A stretch of 64,000 nt of DNA from Eledone cirrhosa (GCA_964016885.1 OZ024740.1:359042001-359106000), one strand, 5' to 3'. Shown: positions 40,015-53,952, counted from the first letter of the stretch. Translations and numbers: made by a program. Notes: generated by a model not told the origin, from the sequence alone.

Positions 40015-41708
40015 ATGTCTGAGCCACGCCTCACAGCAATATGTCTCCTGTCGTGTGACTACGGCGTAAAAGTTGAGAGGAGGGTTACAAAAATTGATAC
40101 AACAAACACCACCACAAACAACGTGAACAAAGACAGCAATGACAACAACACTGAGAACACTAATTTTAAGAAAATTACCGCACCAACTACAACAATAACA
40201 GCGACAACCAAAATACAGACAACAGAAAAAACATCACAACAAATGCAACAACGATATTTACATCAATAACAAGAAAATAAACAACGACAACACCAACAGA
40301 AACAATACAAATTGCACCGAAAACAACAACAACGGTGGCACCAAAAACACAACCAACTACAACAGTGATAACAGCAACAACACCAACAACACCGTTTGTA
40401 GCAGTAGCAACAGCAACAGCAACAAGACAAGTAGCAGAAGTGGCGGCAGCAATAATGGTGCCGCTGAAAAAAGGGGCCACTTCTTTCGCAGGTGTGGTCC
40501 GAAATATAGAAGCAGTGCCAGTCACAGAGGAGGATATGGAAGTCGCAAGGGCCATGGTGACAAGAAATGACAAGAGAGTTTCCCTGACACCTCCACCCGT
40601 AAGCAAAATGTCACAGCGGGTGGAGAGATCCACGGAGGCTCAAATCCAAAAGGCCTTGGGGTGCGTCTGGGCGCACAAAACCCACATCACCCGAAGCTAA
40701 AAGTATGCCACAGTAGACGTACTTTTAGCCACCCCGCAAGAAGTGAAGTCTCTCTCTTTGGAAACCCTAAAGATTGAGGAGATAGTCTTGGTGCCCTCCT
40801 ACTGCGGGCAGAAAATTGTGAGGGTCAAAGTGACCCAGGTTTCGCCCGACGTGCCCATACATTGGCTGGCCGCGTCTGTACTTACAGGAATCGAGGACAG
40901 GACCACCATACTGCAAATACAGAGAATGGGAAGAGAGAACTGGTCAGGTATAGGCATGCAAATGCTAATACAAACTGACCGGGATTGCATCGCGGCCATC
41001 CCTGATATCATAGACCTCGAGGAAGGACTCCAATTTCCTCTAAGCGTGGAAGTAAGGCGCCCAAAGTGCTATCTCTGTGGGAAGGAGGGTCCCCTCAGGG
41101 CCTTCTGCCCACAGAAGACAGCCAAAAAGAGGGCCCCCTCCTTCCGAGGAGTTCATACCCCTCCCAGACGCCACGGAATCCGACATAAAGTATGAGGCGG
41201 GAATGAAGTGGCAAAAGGTCTGCCACAAAAAACAAAAACGAAAGAACCACTTGCTTCGCCATCCAAAAGCGAAGACAAACAAAGAGGGGTAAAGGCTGCA
41301 ATGAGACGTGCAGCAACACCACCACCATCACCATCACCATCACCAACAACAACCATACCACCACCAGCATCACTCAAAACACCAACATCGTAAACACAAC
41401 AAAACACACACACCCAACTGCAACAACAAGAAAACAGCAACAAAACCACCCCTCCCCTAAAAAGGTAAACAGCCATAAACATTGTACACCAAGGATTAAT
41501 GGAACATATAAAACAGCACACCGATATTTCAGACGTAAATTACCACACCCCACCAACACTAAGAAAATTACCAAGAAATATTAACCTTGTGGAAATTGAA
41601 CTCGAAGATTACAAACAATTAAAACAAAAATTCCCCAACGTAGTTGGGATTTCAGGGAGTCACTCTCCAAGAGAATCTATACAGATATCATCTTGGAGAC
41701 ACCCATGA
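40015..41708 (+). pseudogene. Tx1-like ORF1 (Thr-rich N-terminus, degenerate zinc knuckle)
   Basis: Fragmented frames; SFAGVV and RRPKCYLCGKEGPLRAFCP. Confidence 0.75.
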
Positions 41709-41793
41709 CCAGCCGAAGGGACGTTTCTACTGTCCCTTCCCCACACAATCAAGGTAAGTGATCCTTTCTCAGTTACCCCGTTCCTCACCGAGC

Positions 41794-44627
41794 ATGGCCG
41801 TACTCAGAATAGGCAGTATAAATGTACGTGGCCTGGGTCATCTTGGAAGTTAGGGCACCTGCTCAATGACCTCAGGTCACTAAACATAGATGTGGTGGCC
41901 ACCAGAATCTTCGAAGCACGAGCCTTCGCACCGATCTTCGGCGGCTACAATGTATACGCATCTCCCAGCCGACGAGGATCGGGGGGAGGGTTGCCGTGCT
42001 TCTTTGGAGAGGCTGGGAACTTGCCATACGATCCATCTTCCTGGACCCAGAAGGTAAGTCGGTGGTGCTGGACGTGCCCGGCAACAAAGGCAATGCTTTC
42101 AGGCTAGTAGCCGTCTACGCCCCAACAAGGGCAGGACGGCCAGATTTCTTCAGACGTCTAGATACTTTCTTGGAACGTCCCGCTCTTTAGTGTTAGTGGG
42201 CGACTGGAACGGTATCTTAGATGCACGCTGGGATTATGTGGGGATAGTAGACATGGCAGGAGGGTGTAAAAGCCTCAACAACCTGCTCAGACGTTTTGAA
42301 CTGTCTGACAGGAATAGACTGGATTATCCGTATGTGCCAATGTGGACATGGGCAAACCGCATCGGGTCATCCAGATCGTATTTAGATAGGGTATTCTGTA
42401 GGGAAACAGATAAGGCTAGTGAAGGTTGTCCACAATTTAAAGTAGTCGACTACACGGACCACAAATTTGTGATCTGTGAAGTTGACTTAGATAGACCCCA
42501 TATGCAAGGGCCCGGCTACTGGAAACTGAATACGTCGTTCTCGGCGCGCAATGTTTACAGAGAACGGATTAGCGAATTAGTTAAGAGTGCGTTGACGGTT
42601 GCGATCATCAACAACAGGTGGTGGTTTACCCTGAAAAACGTTATTAGGGTAGAATCGATAAGGTTTAGCAAAGGAATAGTGATAGAGGAGAATAGAGTAA
42701 AGGGAGAGTTAGTTAGAAAGCTAGAAGAGGCGTTTAGGACAGGCATCGCAACCGCCGTGCTTGCGGCGAGATTGGCACTCGACCAATTCTTCAACGCAAA
42801 GCAGAAGGCTACGTTGTCAGAGCTAGAGCGCGTGCTCTAAGACACGAGGGGACGAAATTCGTTAAATGGACCTAGGTGGTGGAGGCGCGACGTGGCAACA
42901 AGTCCACAATTCGGTCTTTGTCTGATCAAAACGAAGGGCGCATGTTGCACGAACCCGAGCAGATGTGTGCGGCTTTTCAACAGCACTTTGCTCAATTGTT
43001 CGGGAGCGGCGGCGGCCGGATCGGAGTATGGACTTCGGTGCATACCTCGACGGACTGCCGCGGCTCACTAAGACCGCAGAGCAATGCTGCGAAAAGCCGA
43101 TAACAGCAGGTGAAATACTGGAAGCATTGTCTGGCAGCACGAGGGGTAAATAGCCAGGTGGGGATGGCCTGCCCTACGATCTTTATGCGTATATGCCAGA
43201 CTTGTTCGGCGACCTTTTGGCAGATGTCTACTGCAACTGGCAGCAGAACGGGAGCATTCCCAGTTTCGTGAGCCGGGGAGCGGTGGCGCTGCTGAGAAAA
43301 GACCCGAACAAGGGGGACGTTATAGACAACTTCAGGCCCATAACTATGCTAAACGCAAAGTTTAAGATTTTGGCCAAGGTGTGAGCAAAGAGATTGGCGC
43401 TTGTCGTCGGTGATCTGGTGGGAGAGGCGCAGACATGCGTCATTTCGGACAGATCCATCCACGACAACCTCCATCTCATGCGATACATCCTAGAGAGGGT
43501 GGTTAAAGAACCTGGCACGAGTGGGGCCCTGATAAAGCATTTGATAGGGTCGACCATTGGTACCTGGCTGCGGTCCTCGAGGCGGCCGGCTTCGGGCCCG
43601 TTTTTAGGGGCTGGATCGCTGCGATGCACAGCGACATCTGCTCGATTGTGAGCGTGAATGGTCACCTGTCGCAGCCTTTCAGCATCATGCGCTCGGCCCG
43701 CCAGGGTTTCCCCCTCTCGTCCTTCTTGTACGTACTGGCCCTAGAGCCGTTACTGCACAAATTGGAGACGATGAAGGGGGCCCCACGCGAACTGGGATGC
43801 GGGAGATCCATGTCAGCTTACGCAGACGACGTCACCCTGGTGGTGTCGAGCACCAAACACGTCCAGATGCTCAGTACCGCTCTCAATGAATACGAAGCGG
43901 TGACAGGAGCAAATATAAGCCGGAAAAGTCGGTGGGCTTGCAACTAGGCACCTGGAGCGGCCAGTCCATGCCGTCCGACTGCATCGTGGGGCACGGGACA
44001 GAAGGACCGGTTAAATTGCTAGAGTTCTGGTTCGGTCCGGACCTCCAGGGCGTCGAAGACAATCAGCTGTTCGCTCTTTTCAAGAGAACTTTCAGATCGG
44101 GGCCTATGGACAACTTCCAAAAATTCCTGGCCTGGCAGTGTTACCGGGGAGCGTTGCCGGTTCGGTATAAGCTCTACAGGCACGGAGGTGCTGTCAGCCG
44201 AGCCTGTCCGAGATGCGCGCAGGGCGACCAAACCGTCCTGCACGCACTCGTTCAGTGCCCGAGGATTGCTGACTTGTGGAGCTATGTCGAACAGCTGTGG
44301 TCGCATTTAGGGCGGATCCAGTTATCGACTGAGTCCATTGTGCAGATAGCCCCGCCATCCTCCTTTAAAGAGGAGGATGGGCAGGCAGTTTTCATCTGCC
44401 TGGTGGCCATGACGAAAGAGATTTTGTGGTGGACAAGATTGAAAGGGTTGAAGACGGACACTTTCCTCTCCGGCCAATCCTTCTTGATTAACTTTTTCAA
44501 GTTTCACTTGAAGAAGAAAATCAGGGTGGAGAGGCAAGTGCTGTCTTCTAGTAAGTTTGTTGAAAGGTGAGTGAACGTGGCGAGTCTGGTCCGAGTGAAC
44601 GGGCCTGCTCTGAGTATACGCCTGTAG
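41794..44627 (+). pseudogene. Tx1-like ORF2 (APE plus RT plus C-terminal zinc motif)
   Basis: MAVLRIGSINVRGL, VYAP, VGDWN, YLDR, TDHK, GYWKLN, NFRPITMLN, RQG.PLS, AYADDV, CPRC..TVLHALVQC. Confidence 0.9.
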
Positions 44628-44894
44628 ACTGAGGATTGGGAAAAGTGAGAGAGGGCGCTTGCCCTGGTGGTCAGCGTGGCCGTGGTCTTTTGTATGGTTT
44701 TTACCACGCGTTACCCTCGGAGGATTCCCCCTTCTTGGGAAATTTTTGTTGTTTGAAGTTTTGGGGGATTTCTAGCCCGATTTTGTTATAACCTGTTTAC
44801 ACGACCAAAACCCACTTTGTATCGTCCTGTACTGTTCTGTGCCGTCTCTAATGTTTTTCTTTGTGTCAGCACTTGTGGCCAATAAAGAAACGAT

Positions 44895-47800
44895 TAATAT
44901 TCTTTGAGTCTCAGTTATTGATGTTATTTAACTGGAAAGTTTGTTGAAATGAATATCAGACTGCTACCTGCAGCCTCAGATATTCAGGACTTATCGGAGG
45001 GTTCTTGCTGTTCCCAGCAAGCATGCCCTTTGAAGTGTTCCAAAAAGCGGGGCTGGACTAATTTTCTTTACCCATCCTTGGAAACTCTTTGAGATAGTAC
45101 CTAGTGCGCCTATGACAATCGGGACCACTTTGACTTCATGGCAGTTACAAATCCTTTTTACCTCCCACTTTAAGTCCTGGTATCGGTTAATTTTCTCCCT
45201 CTCCTTTTCTTGCACTCCCGTGTCAAATGGGCAGGCTACATCTACAATCAGGCACGATCTTTTTTCCTTGTCCCAAACCGCCAGTTCAGGCCTATTATGT
45301 TCCAGTTTCTTGTCCGTCTGTATCCTGAAATTCCATAGCACTTTCACCTGATCGTTTTCTATCACCGACTCTAGCTTATGCTCATACCACTTCTCAGAAT
45401 GTGGTAAATTGTTTACTTTGCATAGGTGCCAGTGGATCAATCTGCCCATCATATCATGTCTCCAGCCTTTATAGTTAGTCTGTGCTAGGTGTTTACACTC
45501 GGATACAATGTGAGCCACAGTCTCCTCCCTCTCTCCACAGATCCTACACAGTGGGCTAGCCTTGTAAATATGCTCCTTGTAAATATGGTGTTTCACCCAC
45601 TTCGTTCTGAGGGTCTGCTCTTGCGCAGCCATTAGCATTCCTTCTGTAGCCTTTTTAAGGTCTCCTCTTGTTAACCAGTTCCATGTCTGTGGATCTCTAA
45701 ATTCAGTTTTCTCAAAGAAGGTACTATTAAGAGATTTTTCATAAAGGTTGCTCTTCCTCCTGGCTGTTGTTTGCTCCTTGGACATCCCCTGGTTTATTGT
45801 CCTCTCCTTCAGTACAATTCTGAGCATTGGCTCCCTACTGTCAGTCACGTATTTGTGTACGTTGTTTTTCTCCATCTGAACACAGTCCTCTATGCTAATA
45901 AGACCGCTTCCACCTTCAGATCTCTTTAAGTAGAGTCTATCGACATCACTCCTCTTGTGGAACATGTTGTAGATAGTCAATAGCTTCCTAGTCTTCCTAT
46001 CCATTTCTTTTTGTTCAGCAACATTCCATTTCAGAATTCCCGCACTGTACCTAATAATAGACAGAGCTCGGGAATTCACTGCACTTGTGGCATTCCTACT
46101 GTTCAGATGTGACTTTAATATGCTCCTTACTCTCCTAATGTACTCAGATCTTATCAATTCCTTCATTTTTTTGTTCTTGATGTCATCTGCCTGCAGAACA
46201 CCTAAATATTTGTATCCTTCTTCAGTGTCAATTTACTTTATCATCTCACCTGTTGGTACCTGGATTCCGTTGCTTCTGATCAATTTACCCCACTTCATCA
46301 CGAGGACTTCACAGTTATTAATACCAAATTTCATACATATATCATTGCTGAAAATACGGAGTGTCAACAAGTACATCCAACTACTTCTCACTCTTCCCAA
46401 AGAGTTTAACATCGTCCATGAAGAGGAGGTGATTGATTGATAGTAAGCTCTCCTTTTCGAAACTGGTATCCTGCTCTCACTTTTCGCAGTATAATGGTCA
46501 GGGGTATCAGTGCAAGGACAAACAACAGAGGGGACAAACTATCTCCCTGGAAGATACCTCTCTTTATCTTCACGCCTCCGAAGGATTCTCCACCCGATGT
46601 TAACTCTGTTTCCAAGGACTTCATGCTCAACAACTGCCTGATGTTATCTGCCACCTTGAAGATCTTTAGGCTTTTGGTTATCCAAGAATGAGGTACCATG
46701 TCGAATGCCTTTTTGTAATCTATCCATCCCATGGCAAGACCAGTGTGTCTCCTCTTGCAATTCCTCATTACCATCTTATCAATAAGTAAATGGTCTTTTG
46801 TACCACGGGACTTCTTTTGGCATACTTTCTGTTCGTCCGGTAACAAGTTGTTTATGTGGATGTGATGGTAGATTTCCTCAGACACAATGCTTGTTAACAG
46901 TTTCCACATTACAGACAGACATGTGATAGGTCTATAGTTGGTAACTCTTGATTCGGTCTTTCATTACCAGAACTGTGGTACCTTTTATCAACCACTCTGG
47001 TACCTCATCCGACATCAAGCAGTCATTGAACATGTTTGTCAGTTTGTCAGAGGGAGGTTATAATTTTGATCCAATCCCCCTGCACACCATCTGGGCCTGG
47101 TGATTTCCAGTTGGTTAGCATTTTGGCCTGCCCTTTAAGAGTTTCAACTGTGATACTCAAATCAGTTTGTTGGTGAGCTTGTTCACTAATCTCCTTTTGT
47201 ACTGTCTCAATCCACACTGCTTGATCATTATGTTCAACATCCTGCTCCCATATTCCTCTCCAGAATGTTTTAGTTTGTTCCGCGTCAGGGATCAATTCGT
47301 TGCCTCTTTCTTCCCCTTCAAGCTGTCCAAACAGCATCTTCTGGTTGTTGTCAAACATGCGGTTCTGTTTATACTCTGCTCTCATACCGCCTAATCTTTA
47401 CACTCTTTGCTACAGTGCGTTGCTTCAGTTCCCCTATGATGATATTTAGCCTCGTCCTCCGAGTTTTGTACTTTATTTCCAGTCTATTTTTAGTGTCTAT
47501 GTTTTGTAGTGTCCCATTCAGTAGGGACTCAAGCTTTCCAATGACATTTCTCATTTCCTTGATTTGACCATCAGTCGTTTCTTTCACCAAGGTTCTGATC
47601 TTTCTTGTTTGTTGTTTCCTCTCGTTTTTATGCCAAGTAATTTCCTCACCGCATTTGCTGTTGCTTTGGGGATATTGTTGCATTGGTGAAGGTTCCTCGC
47701 CTCAAGGTATGGGATGACTTTGTTAACCTTAGCTGTTGTTTCTTTTAACTTTTTCCTGTCTACAAATCTTAGGTTCATAGGTTTCCCACTATCATTTTTC

Positions 47801-48440
47801 ATTTCATCTACCACTATGTTTAGGATATCAACCAAATCTTGTCCTAGCCCGTCAGCATTCATTTCCTCAATGGCCTATCTTTGTTCTAGATGTTATTTAT
47901 TTCAGCATTCAGATCATTGTCTGCTTCGGATGTTTCCACCGTTCTCACAACCTTTTCACCTTCATTTCCCACTGGCTCGTTTGTCTGGCATACTCCACTC
48001 TCCATTTCTAACCTAATCTCTCTGCTCAGTTCCTTCAATTTCAACTCGATTATCCATCCATTAGTTCTTATTATGCATCCGTTTCCTATAGCCTTTTTCC
48101 TTCGGGTTACTCTTCAGGTAACATTCCATGACAGTTCTATTCAATTCTTTCGTCCAGTTGGTTCTTGCGCCTTTCATTCTTCTTCCTCCAACACCAGCAG
48201 TATTTAGATGACAGCCAGGTCCCTGCTGCTGGGCCAGAGGGCACTTGCTGGGTAAGAGTCTGTCACATGGTGTTCCAGTCTCCTCTTCACCGTTATTCGA
48301 ACTGTTTAGGTTCGACATTTAAACACTCATATCAAGGATTGGTGAATGTATGGTTACATAACCACCGGTGATTTCATCACCCCCAGTGATTTCATCACCC
48401 CCGGTGATTTTAGCGTGGCACCATCACGCTGGAGACGAAC
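44895..48440 (-). mobile_element. Near full-length R4/Dong-type non-LTR retrotransposon, frameshifted
   Basis: RTNWTKELNRTVMECY..GYRKRM, NWKSPGPDG, WIDYKKAFD, GIFQGDSLSP, CRICGEREETVAHIVSEC, RHD, HNRPE, VIGALG. Confidence 0.92.
48366..48410. repeat. 18-bp tandem repeat with internal hairpin in the R4 5' region
   Basis: ggtgatttcatcaccccc about 2.5 times. Confidence 0.8.
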
Positions 48441-48588
48441 ATAAATAAATAAACAAATAAATAGATAAAAACTAAAAAAATAAACATAACTTTCATTGTA
48501 ATGTTTGAATGTCTGACTTAGTTTTTTTTGTTTGTTTGTTTTTGTTTTTTTTACATTTTTCGTTTTTCAAGGCCAGTAACATCGGATG

Positions 48589-49482
48589 CTAGTGTTGTTG
48601 TCTTTCTTCTTTCTTTTCTTTTAATCCCCTCAGTCGCCTGAGGATCCTCCTCAGAAGCGCTAGGGATGCGACTGGGAGACGGACTAATTCATCGAAGGAT
48701 GTGCCGAGTTGGTGATGGTATGTCTCGATCGCCAATGCAGGGCATCGTAGCCAGAGGTGTTCACACTCCTCCTCCTCACTACCGCAGAGCGTAAAGCAAA
48801 AGAGGGGGGTGTTGTCTGAACGAATTTTTGCATGGTAGATTTGACATCGGCGAATGGAGATCGCTGCAGGACGGTTGGTAGGCACGGCATTATTCCCCCG
48901 ACAGAAGCCACACACGAAGCCTTGAGGACTCTTTTTCTGTATTCGAGTCAGGCCGCTGCAGATCCTGTGGAAGATACGTCGGAAAATCTGGCAGGAAATG
49001 GGCACGAAGTCTTGTCGGATCGTCCTGGAATATCCCGCGCTGGATGGGCCAGGGCTCGACTCGACGTCACCCTCCATGTATAGTAACTTCCGAAGATGTA
49101 GGGCGGGTCTTATAGCTCCGGTTGTCGAAAAGAAGAAAAACGACGTGTCTCCCACGTCGCATCTCTGGGTGTATACCAATCCGAATTTGACAGTTATCCT
49201 TTCGGGCATCCGACCGAACACACCGGACGTCCACGAAGGCCGCCACACGAGTAGGTTCCGGATTCTGGTTTATGCTCTGTCACCACAGGTGTTATTGTCA
49301 ATACCGCCGCCGCTGATGCTACCTCTATTGTTGTTAAATTCATCAACATCATCCACTTCTCGACCGCTGCTTGATGACGAAGAGAACGAAATGGTTTTCG
49401 CCTGACATTTACTGTGTGGTGCTAACGAAAAGGAAAAGAAAAAGGACGAAAAGGAAAGCGAGACTCGTCGCTGACAGCTGGA
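48589..49482 (-). mobile_element. Internally deleted Ingi/I-group-like LINE with 2A-like peptide, PHD-like region and C-terminal CCHC
   Basis: ORF 48589-49248: LLYMEGDVESSPGP, C..FHRICSGL..FVCGFC, LCGSEEEECEHLWLRCPAL; no EN or RT; simple-repeat tail. Confidence 0.7.
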
Positions 49483-50559
49483 TTATTATTGTGGAAGTAT
49501 ACACATCGCAGGAATTTTTGTTCCCGTAAGTTTGCGATTTTTGTACAGTTCAATTGCGAACGTATTTTTAAAATATTATATTGTTTTTTTTCTAAACACA
49601 CCCTGCTTCTCTTGAAGTGGTCGAAATTAATTGTTATTTAGTGTTCCTGGGCGAAATTCCAATTTGAACTTTGCATTTAGCAAATACGCCCCCCAAGAAA
49701 AATGGCGTCATTCAAAAAATCCATCTCTCTGTCATGTATACATTGCTGTTGCCGTCGTCGCTGCCGCTGCTGCCGGTGATGTTGTGTCAGTTTGTTGCTG
49801 TTGCTGCTCTCAAAAACTACTTCACTGATTCCCAATCGAGAAAGTAGTCATAATGCAGATTTTCTTTCAAAGTCCACCAGTTGTGCTGCTGGTACGGTTG
49901 TGATTTCTGTTATTACCGTCTGCTTTATCTTGAATTGGTGACTGTCAAAAATGTTTGTCTCACTCTTCGAAGCGACTATAACAACAACGAGTACAGAGAT
50001 TGCCGGATAAAATCCTTAGGAAAACATAGGGATAACTATCGTCTGAAAACGAGTACAGATGAGGGAGCCTGGAACGCTGTTGCTGCCGTTGCTGTTGTTG
50101 TCCGTAAATGCTGCCGTTGCTCTCTTCACCTGTTTCAATGTTGCTGTTGTTGCTGTCGATGTTCAGGTTCTTAGTGGTGATGCTGCTAATTTCATTTTTG
50201 CATCTTGTGTTTGTGTGTCCATAATTGTGTCCATTTTTGTGTGTCCATAATTGTGCTTGAGTCCCTCCTCTCACCTTTCAAGTCGCTATCCTGAGACGTC
50301 AGACTTAATGTGTTTTTTTGTTTTTTTTTATTGAGAAAAATATATAATGTTCAAATATTATAACGTCTCCCCTCCACAGGGCAAAGACTTACGAACTTTT
50401 CCAAATGAACTAGTGTTGTTGCTGCTGCTGCTGCTGTTTTTGATTTTAGCTACGTGGGAAGTAGAGGTTGTTGCGTTCAAAACTTTTGAAATTTGATTTT
50501 GTCTGTGTTCTGTTCTATAATCTTTCGACTTGTTGCTTATTATTATTATTATATCATAG

Positions 50560-50743
50560 GCGGTGGATTGGCAGTATCGGTAGAGGGTCGGACGCCATGC
50601 TTTTACGCATTGAGTTCGGCCCTTGCCATTCTGAGTTCAAATCCCGCCGAGGTTAACTTAGCCTTTCATCCTTACGGGGTCGATAAAATAAAGTACCAGT
50701 AATGCACTGGGTAATTGCTGGCCTTGTGCCAAAAGTAGAAACA
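50560..50743 (+). mobile_element. Full-length tRNA-derived SINE with 18-bp TSD
   Basis: attattattatatcatag at 50542-50559 and 50744-50761. Confidence 0.93.
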
Positions 50744-51333
50744 ATTATTATTATATCATAGTTTAGATTTGGCATCGTTTAAACTAAACATTTTGAGAGA
50801 GTTTAGAGATACAACCACAATTATTATTTTTGTGTTGTTGTTGTTTTGTTGTTAGCTGTTTTACCGGGTCACTAAATCAGTATATTTATATCTTTTGATG
50901 CCTTCCTCGCTTATTCATGTGTAGTGACACTACTACCATACCTCTCTTAACAGGAGGTAGTGAGGGAATAGTGGTGGTAGCGATGATGCAGTGGTGGCGG
51001 TGGTGATGGGATAGTAGTACTATAGTGATGTGTTGCGGCGGTGTTGGTGTTGGCGGTGGAACTATTTGGCTGTCGTTCGTAACCATTTTCTTTTTTGACT
51101 ATAACATTTCTGAAACAAAAGTAAATATTAAATATTGGGGCCCTATGCCATAATGTGATGCATTGTCACTTCCTGAGAGTTAAGATTGGTATCTTATGTT
51201 CCATTTGTTATCAGAATTATTCTATCACAATTGTTTTAAATATGTAAAAAATCAAAATATTACGGAGCGATTCCATAACACTCTATCCACCATGTACGCT
51301 ATTTATTATTATTATTATTATTATATTATTATA

Positions 51334-51520
51334 GGGCGGTCGATTGGCAGTATCGGTAAGGGGTCGGACGCCATGCTTTGAGGCATTGAGTTACGGCCCT
51401 TTCCATTATGAGTTCAAATCCCGCCGAGGTTAACTTTGCCTTTCATCCTTACGGGGTCTATAAAATAAAGTACCAGTAATACACTGAGTAATTGCTGACC
51501 TTGTGCCAAAAGTAGAAACA
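51334..51520 (+). mobile_element. Full-length tRNA-derived SINE in (ATT)n
   Basis: Same family; (ATT)n on both sides. Confidence 0.92.
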
Positions 51521-53716
51521 ATTATTATTATTATTATTAATAATAATATTTATTTCATGTAAACCCAATGCTCAAGATAGGCCAAAAGGAGAATTCTGTT
51601 AGCTGAATTGAATTTCTACTCATGTAACCATGTTGTAAACAGATAAAGAAATACATTAAATGTATATTTTTTTAAATCATAATAATATTTATAAATAATA
51701 TATAAAATAACTTTCATAAAAATTATTAACAAAATCTCAGAAGATAAAATCGAAAACATAAATAAGGATGGCAATGTTTTATTCGCAAACATACAAATAT
51801 GATGGTAAAAAAAATAGAATAAGAATATAGACAAGAATATAGACATATAAAGTAAAAGCAATGTATTTCTTTTTCTGCTTCTGACAATAAGAGGCCTGCT
51901 GGCGTACTTTATGCTTATAAAAGCTTCATTTTGACTGTGATTCACGTCGTGTTTATATTAAATACAGTATGTTTAACCACTTAGAACAGAATGTGGCGAA
52001 AAGGCATTGCAGCATATTGAATCCCTTTGTTAATTTCACATATACCCGGATTTGTTTTTCACAGCAGTGAAAATATTGATTTACCCATAAGCATGGTACC
52101 AACGAGAAGAAATACGATATAAGAACGTTGAGGAATTCTAATTTGAAAACGAAAGAAAACCTTTGGTCTTGTGATATATTTCCGTTAACCAATTATACAC
52201 AGCTCTGACGATGGTATACCGAACGCACCAGCTACGATTACTTTTCCTGGAAAATGCAATTCTCCACCAAATTAAATATTTCTTTAAATTCACTAGACTA
52301 ATGTTTATTTTAATTATCATTATCGTTGGGTCGGTAATTCTTTTTATGCATTTTTACAGCCGAACACGTAGCTCCGTATACTTTGGGGGTCTTGTAATGT
52401 TATGTTTCTTGTGTTTATTTTTGTTTTATTCTATTGAAAGTAATCTACCCAATATAATTTCAGTGCGTAATAGTACGGTTTTCTGAATGTTTTATATATG
52501 TATAAATCCGGTGAAGTTTATTTCATAATTGCCTGCACCAATTTAACCGTTTCAAAGATTATGGGGATTATTTTTATTTTCACTTCTCGTATTCCACTTA
52601 TCTATATTTCTATATCTTTATATTTTGATATTTTCTGCATTTGAACAAATGACACATTATTGACAGCTAGAGCTGATATATCGATCATGAATTACTTCTG
52701 TTCTTGATAACCCTCAGCATTATCTGATCGATCGAGCTTGATCTTATCTGTGAGAATTAAATATTCCAGAGCACAAGAAAAAACATGCAACAGTGAAACG
52801 ATGACAGCCTGCATGGTATGGACATATATCCTGCTATAACTCCTTTCTAAAAACCATTCTCCGGGGCACAGGTGAAGGAGGATTATAGAAGACGCAAACA
52901 AAGAAACTCCTCATCTGGGCTATCCTTGTTGACTGCCAAATGTGGTGTGTTATGATGATGGACGTTTACTGACTACCGAATGGGATGTTCTCATGCTTCC
53001 CTATAAATTGGCTACCAAACGAAGCGTGATTATGTCTCAGTGGCGATTGAATATTGAATGTGTGTGTCTGTATGTGTGTTTCAATGTGTGTGTGTGTGCA
53101 GTTTCCTGTCAACTAATCAGAAATTTTGTCTAGCATTTGAAAATATATATTTCTAATCACGTATACTCTGACATTAATTCCACATTCTCCCCATCCATAT
53201 CCTTTCTCTCGAGGACGTCAATCCCCTGCAAGCAATAAACATAAAGCCGGGCGTTGATTAAATGAAAGAATATTCACTTGAAAGCATACTCTTATGGAGA
53301 AAAGATAGCTGTGTCTCCTTCAAAATATACCACAACAGCAAAACTTTCATACATTTTACAATTGATTAGTCTGGCAATTTTTAATAAGCTGTCATAAAAA
53401 CTACAAAGAAAACATTATATCTAAAACATTATCGTTTCTCTTCAGAGACTGAAGCTGCTACACGAAGCATTTCTTGATAGTAAACGATAAGAGCTATCAG
53501 AAGTGATAGCAAACGTTTTCTCTCATTAACAAACATACATGTTTTATCGTTCATTCTCTTCTTCTGCAACAACTATGATATCGTTTCCTTCCCCTCTGAA
53601 TTTATTCGTCCTCCTCTTGTCATCGCTGGTTCTTCTGAATCTTGGTTATAAATACACACACATACACACACAGATATATATATATATATATATATGTATG
53701 TATATATATGTATATA

Positions 53717-53775
<59 letters not shown>

Positions 53776-53858
53776 GTATATATATGTATATATATATGTA
53801 TATATATGTATATATATATATGTATATATATATATATGTATATATAGGAACCAGTAAG

Positions 53859-53952
53859 ACCCCGACAGCTGAGCTCAAGCCGTTTCGACGGCTAATTCTG
53901 GACTAAATGAAAATTTATCCTGGTATTTAAATAGCCGATCTTCTCAAGGGGT
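53859..53952 (-). ncRNA. Type I hammerhead ribozyme, U3-A8 core variant
   Basis: Reverse complement of 56002-56095. Confidence 0.82.

Larger units (their letters stand above)
39809..44892 (+). mobile_element. Near full-length Tx1/L1-clade LINE, disrupted and internally deleted
   Basis: 5' UTR, ORF1, ORF2, 3' UTR with AATAAA at 44881; (ATT)n on the left. Confidence 0.88.

Noticed and set aside
48320-48440. HDV-like ribozyme at the R4 5' end
   Set aside because: A hairpin (agcgtg/cacgct) and CUAA are present, but I could not build the P1/P1.1/P2/P3 nested pseudoknot by eye.
50560-50650. tRNA genes at the A/B-box motifs
   Set aside because: They are SINE heads followed by a shared body, tail and TSDs.
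51616-52486. Hydrophobic ORFs resembling GPCR helices
   Set aside because: No ordered set of GPCR motifs; T-rich DNA gives hydrophobic translations.
53380-53560. LRR-like text (FLDS..IRAI...[12 protein letters not shown])
   Set aside because: Requires frameshifts and lacks splice signals; indistinguishable from chance in AT-rich DNA.
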